DNA from: Fidelibacterota bacterium
Lineage (GTDB): Bacteria; Fidelibacterota; Marinisomatia; Marinisomatales; UBA2128
Length of the DNA stretch: 10,953 bases
Direction: 5' to 3'
Assembly: GCA_046861645.1 (NCBI GenBank)
Contig: JBHHUM010000070.1
Coordinates: 1 to 10,953 of the forward strand
Shown: positions 7,956 through 10,953 of the stretch, piece by piece
How the letters are laid out: each line of letters starts with the position of its first letter
Numbering within the stretch: position 1 is the stretch's first letter
The notes under the pieces: generated by a model
Seen by the model: the letters and a program-made list of their open reading frames with translations, nothing else
Databases searched by the model: none
What the model was told of the DNA's origin: nothing
Translations under genes and position numbers: made by a program

Positions 7956-8030
7956 GGGCGCTTAGCTCAGTTGGTTCAGAGCGCCGCCCTTACAAGGCGG
8001 AGGTCACAGGTTCGAATCCTGTAGCGCCCA
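7956..8030 (+). tRNA. tRNA-Val: tRNA-Val (anticodon TAC); CCA end not encoded
   Basis: Acceptor stem GGGCGCT/AGCGCCC, D arm GCTC/GAGC, anticodon stem CCGCC/GGCGG with loop CTTACAA (TAC at 7991-7993), T arm ACAGG-TTCGAAT-CCTGT, discriminator A8030 followed by CCC. Confidence 0.98.
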
Positions 8031-8031
8031 C

Positions 8032-8085
8032 CCCGTCTGCACTGAAGTTTCGACGGGCAGGCAAAACAGGTTCGAACTTCTGTAA
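8032..8085 (+). repeat. Hairpin+CAGGCA element followed by a duplicated tRNA T-arm fragment
   Basis: CCCGTC...GACGGG (8032-8057), CAGGCA (8058-8063), then ACAGGTTCGAA (8066-8076), identical to tRNA 8006-8016 and continuing CTTCTGTA versus TCCTGTA. Confidence 0.75.
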
Positions 8086-8090
8086 AATCA

Positions 8091-8124
8091 AACAGCCGCA
8101 CCACTTACGTGGCTGTTCTTATAT
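8091..8124 (+). terminator. Possible intrinsic terminator after tRNA-Val
   Basis: 9-bp stem AACAGCCGC/GTGGCTGTT with one G-U pair and a 9-nt loop, followed by a T-rich but not poly-T tract. Confidence 0.45.
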
Positions 8125-8275
8125 CTTACGTTATTGTTTCTGTATCTTTTGTACCGTTCACTATAATGAGGAATATACGGAGGGAAAGAACAGCTCTCTT
8201 AATAAGGAACTCATCATGTACTTGGGATACACTGCGTATTACAAAGCATTACACGATTAATTCATTGATTAATAT

Positions 8276-8293
8276 TTCCGAAAGGGACAGGCA
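8276..8293 (+). repeat. Minimal hairpin+CAGGCA element
   Basis: TTCC-GAAA-GGGA followed by CAGGCA; GGGACAGGCA is identical to 7904-7913. Confidence 0.55.
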
Positions 8294-8311
8294 GGATGAG
8301 GATGTTTGATT

Positions 8312-8559
8312 TCAGTGGGGTTTACGCTTAATCCCTTGTCGTCCGATATGGTACCATTTTCGGTAATGAACTGAAAGGCATGTTTCAATGTCACGCAAAC
8401 TATCTTTACTACCTGCTTGTGCGAATAATAGATCAATTGCTGCCTGCCTGAGAAATACTTGGTGTAAAGATTGCCATTGTATCGTTTTTCCAGCTTTTCA
8501 AATTCATATCATGGAAAAATGTTAAACAGTCCTGATATAATAGTGTTAATTTTGGCTAA
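8312..8559 (-). pseudogene. IS4-family transposase N-terminal fragment (DUF4372 domain), decayed
   Basis: Minus-strand translation is LAKINTIISGLFNIFP*YEFEKLEKRYNGNLYTKYFSGRQQLI / frameshift / LLFAQAGSKDSLRDIETCLSVHYRKWYHIGRQGIKR, carrying the FAQ...SLRDIE...YHxG signature. There is an in-frame TGA at 8509-8511, a frameshift near 8431, and GAGGAG (8569-8574) 9 nt before a non-start TTA codon. No DDE domain follows. Confidence 0.88.
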
Positions 8560-8747
8560 GGTCCGGTTCTCCTCGATTTATTATCGAACAAGTCAGGTTA
8601 TTTCATCCCAATTTCGGGGAGCCAGCCCTATTTCAATACTTTTACCAGATACTATTGCGATCTCCCATTCATGAATTTGGTATTTGTTTTCTTTGTTTAT
8701 TGACATGGCTATGTTCCATAAATTTACTGAATTTGACTTTAAAAATA

Positions 8748-8946
8748 TTCAACACCTACAGCGTTGGCGATCTATTATGATTGCCTGCCTGTCGGCAGAC
8801 AGGGAGGTTATAGACCTTTGACTCCTGACGGAGTCTTTAAATATGAATAGAAAACCCGTAGGTTTACAGTCCCGTACTTCATGTCGGGAGATTGTATGTC
8901 TATTAAGGCACTGAACACGGTAAACACGAACTCCGTCGGTGTTCAA
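8748..8946. repeat. Cluster of six short REP-like palindromes
   Basis: CAAC..GTTG (in 8748-8766), TGCCTG+CCTGTC-GGCA-GACAGG (8782-8803), GACTCC-TGAC-GGAGTC (8820-8835), AAACC-CGTA-GGTTT (8852-8865), TCCCG..CGGGA (8870-8889) and GAAC..GTTC (in 8928-8946). Confidence 0.7.
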
Positions 8947-9085
8947 CTGGGTGGTGTAAACAAGATGCAAATCAGTTTATCTTTAGAACATAGCTATTTA
9001 CATTTATTGTTAGAATTGGTATTTTGACGTAACATTACGTACGAAAACCTGATTTGGGAATATTCCCCAACAAAAAGTAACTACC

Positions 9086-10414
9086 ATGAAAAATCATTCA
9101 ATTTTCATCATAATTCCTCTTTTCTTTTTGGCAACATTTGCTCAGCAGAAAACAGACTATTCTCTTTATAAAAAAGTATGGCAAACAGCCGTTGCAGATG
9201 GCAAGATCACGAAAGACGAAAGAGCCTTGCTCAATGTCCTCTCTAAATCAATGTCGATTCCTCCCGACAGTCTGGAGACTATTGAAATATTACCGGATGA
9301 TTCTTTAGCAGAGCACAAACTGGATCAATCCGGGCGCTGGCCGTTGGTTTTGCAAAACATGATCATTGGCTCCGGACTGTATGGCTGGGCTATTCCCTAT
9401 GTTCTGAATGCCTCAGACACTAAATGGTTACCCGGAATGGAAATGTTATCTTTGGGTGGTTCGTTCTACCTTACCTACCAGTATACGAAGAAAATGGACA
9501 TTCCCCATTCCCGGGCTCAGATGATGCGCTATGGTGGTCTGGTAGGATTGCGTTATGGTTTTGGATTAAACACTATTTTTGACCTTAACGGTACGAACGA
9601 GAATGGAGACTCAAAAAAGGAATGGGCGTACGTATTAATGGCTGCGGTTCCGGCCGGGATTTATACCGGGGATTACCTTTATAACAAATTGAATCCCACG
9701 AACGGGCAAGCTTGGGTGTTGACAGGGTGGACAGCCGTAGGTGGAGTCAGTATGAGAATTCTGACTAATTTTTTCGATCCTGATCCGAAAAGTGGAGTCG
9801 ATTATTATTATCTTACCTATGCATATAAAAAAAAAATTGATAAGGATTACAAAACCTGGAGTCGAAGAAACACCACCTTTGAACTGCTTGTTGGATATCC
9901 GGCAGGTTTTTGGGTGGGTAAGAAATTGACTATGCAGAAGGATTACAGCTTTGGTGATGCATTGATGTTGTATCAGGGATACGCCTTCGGTTTTTTCAAC
10001 ACGATGGTGCTCCAAAGCCTGTTGTTTAATGAAGGAGATGAAAAAAACTGGCTGTTGGTGAATGGCATTGGTGCTGTAAGTGGAATCCTACTCTATGATA
10101 AGTGGATAACTCATGATGATTTCACCGCGGGGCAATCTATATTAATGGCTCTGGGGTCCGCATCTGGTATTATGTTTGGATTCGGAACAGCTATCATTAT
10201 GGATATTCAGGATGTGAAACCTATGATGGTTCTGGTTTTGGGTGGCTACACAGCCGGGACTATACTCACGCGGAAAATCCTTGACGTTGAACCGGATGGA
10301 GCCCTGACGCGAATGGAGAGAACGAAATTCTCGGTGATGCCAACGGTTTTCCCATCGATATACGGCTCAAAGACAAAATGGGTGCCGGGGTTGGGGGTAA
10401 ACGTCAAATTATAA
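9086..10414 (+). CDS. Uncharacterised exported/membrane protein with an N-terminal TerB-like helical motif and five Gly-rich helix-hairpin repeats
   Basis: 442-aa ORF with a signal peptide ending ATFA-Q, the motif AVADGKITKDERALL, about ten Gly-rich hydrophobic segments and a C-terminal beta-strand-like tail (GLGVNVKL). Confidence 0.85.
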   Translation: MKNHSIFIIIPLFFLATFAQQKTDYSLYKKVWQTAVADGKITKDERALLNVLSKSMSIPPDSLETIEILPDDSLAEHKLDQSGRWPLVLQNMIIGSGLYGWAIPYVLNASDTKWLPGMEMLSLGGSFYLTYQYTKKMDIPHSRAQMMRYGGLVGLRYGFGLNTIFDLNGTNENGDSKKEWAYVLMAAVPAGIYTGDYLYNKLNPTNGQAWVLTGWTAVGGVSMRILTNFFDPDPKSGVDYYYLTYAYKKKIDKDYKTWSRRNTTFELLVGYPAGFWVGKKLTMQKDYSFGDALMLYQGYAFGFFNTMVLQSLLFNEGDEKNWLLVNGIGAVSGILLYDKWITHDDFTAGQSILMALGSASGIMFGFGTAIIMDIQDVKPMMVLVLGGYTAGTILTRKILDVEPDGALTRMERTKFSVMPTVFPSIYGSKTKWVPGLGVNVKL

Positions 10415-10574
10415 AACCGCTGATCATCAGTAGAGATCTTTATACTGCTGTTTTACCGTAAGTCACATCAATGAAGTTTTTTAATATCTGTAATACATCT
10501 TTTCGTTTTACTATACTGTTTATCCACCTCAAAAAAGAAAGAAGGATTTGACGGGAAATCAAGCAGTAGGAATC

Positions 10575-10620
10575 TTGTCAATTCAATAAACTTGACAAAC
10601 ACACACCAGATGAGTAGGTT
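10575..10620 (+). promoter_or_regulatory. Putative sigma-70 promoter with an overlapping inverted repeat
   Basis: TTGACA (10592-10597), 17 bp, TAGGTT (10615-10620). The -35 box is the right arm of TTGTCAA-N10-TTGACAA (10575-10598). Confidence 0.5.
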
Positions 10621-10737
10621 TATCAAGAATGATCTCACAATTTTCCATAATGATTGAATATTGACAACATTGAATGATACAGTAGAGGATCAGCACCGGT
10701 AGTTTCACAATTCGTTTCCTGAGATTAAGTACGTGAA

Positions 10738-10953
10738 ATGATAACAAGATTCATAAGAACCGTTGTTGGGAATGTTGCCACTGTTGTGGCTGTATGCAGT
10801 ACTCTTGGATACGCTCAACCCCAAACTCTTAAATTCGATCGTCTTTCAATTGATGAAGGACTTTCAAACAGTTATGTAACCTGTATTCTCCAAGACATAA
10901 AAGGATTTATGTGGTTCGGTACACAGGATGGATTGAATAAATACGATGGATAT
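10738..10953 (+). CDS. Two-component regulator propeller (Reg_prop) domain protein, probably a sensor kinase or hybrid two-component system; 3'-truncated by the window edge
   Basis: MITRFIRTVVGNVATVVAVCSTLGYAQPQTLKFDRLSIDEGLSNSYVTCILQDIKGFMWFGTQDGLNKYDGY: signal peptide plus the typical GLS...V..I.QD..GF.WFGT.DGLN.YDG blade. It is absent from the ORF track because it runs off the end. Confidence 0.92.
   Translation, partial: MITRFIRTVVGNVATVVAVCSTLGYAQPQTLKFDRLSIDEGLSNSYVTCILQDIKGFMWFGTQDGLNKYDGY

Noticed and set aside
8066..8085. T-arm duplicate as the attR of an integrated prophage or island
   Set aside because: It is only 35 bp from the tRNA end, with no cargo or integrase; treated as a mini-element scar instead.
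8109..8309. 66-aa + strand ORF, and a YLGYT peptide in another frame resembling a GIY-YIG motif
   Set aside because: The ORF starts inside the terminator-like stem without an RBS, and the YLGYT frame lacks the first GIY-like motif and the RxxxH helix.
8441..8450. TGCCTGCCTG resembling the CAGGCA foot
   Set aside because: There is no adjacent hairpin, and it lies in frame within the IS4 remnant (S-G-R-Q codons).
8471..8674. 67-aa + strand ORF
   Set aside because: It is antisense to the IS4 transposase remnant, which explains the sequence better.
7861..8946. Possible CRISPR array or integron attC cassettes among the repeats
   Set aside because: No constant-length direct repeats with regular spacers, no cas or intI gene, and no clear RYYYAAC/GTTRRRY-bounded cassettes.
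8749..8970. 73-aa minus-strand ORF
   Set aside because: It runs across the palindrome cluster and has no RBS or recognisable protein features.
9635..10015. 126-aa minus-strand ORF
   Set aside because: Antisense shadow of the 442-aa gene.

Overview
Bacterial chromosomal window; an FCB-superphylum organism such as Marinimicrobia is plausible but only inferred. Positions 1-7203 are housekeeping genes, all on the + strand: a 5'-truncated fused E1 alpha/beta 2-oxoacid dehydrogenase, its E2 acyltransferase, lipoyl synthase lipA, a membrane-anchored uncharacterised protein, and Lon protease. Lon is preceded by an exact sigma-54 (-24/-12) consensus, an IHF consensus site and an 8-bp inverted repeat. 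Positions 7204-9085 are AT-richer and gene-poor. They hold a candidate 30-aa membrane peptide, a DUF2892/YgaP-like gene, tRNA-Val(TAC), a decayed IS4-family (DUF4372) transposase fragment that the ORF track misses, and a patchwork of small palindromic elements. The most unusual signal is the tRNA, which is flanked by duplicated fragments of itself, each next to a member of a hairpin+CAGGCA mini-element family. The window ends with a 442-aa protein built from five Gly-rich helix-hairpin repeats and the start of a Reg_prop beta-propeller sensor gene. All calls come from motif recognition by eye; no database searches were run.
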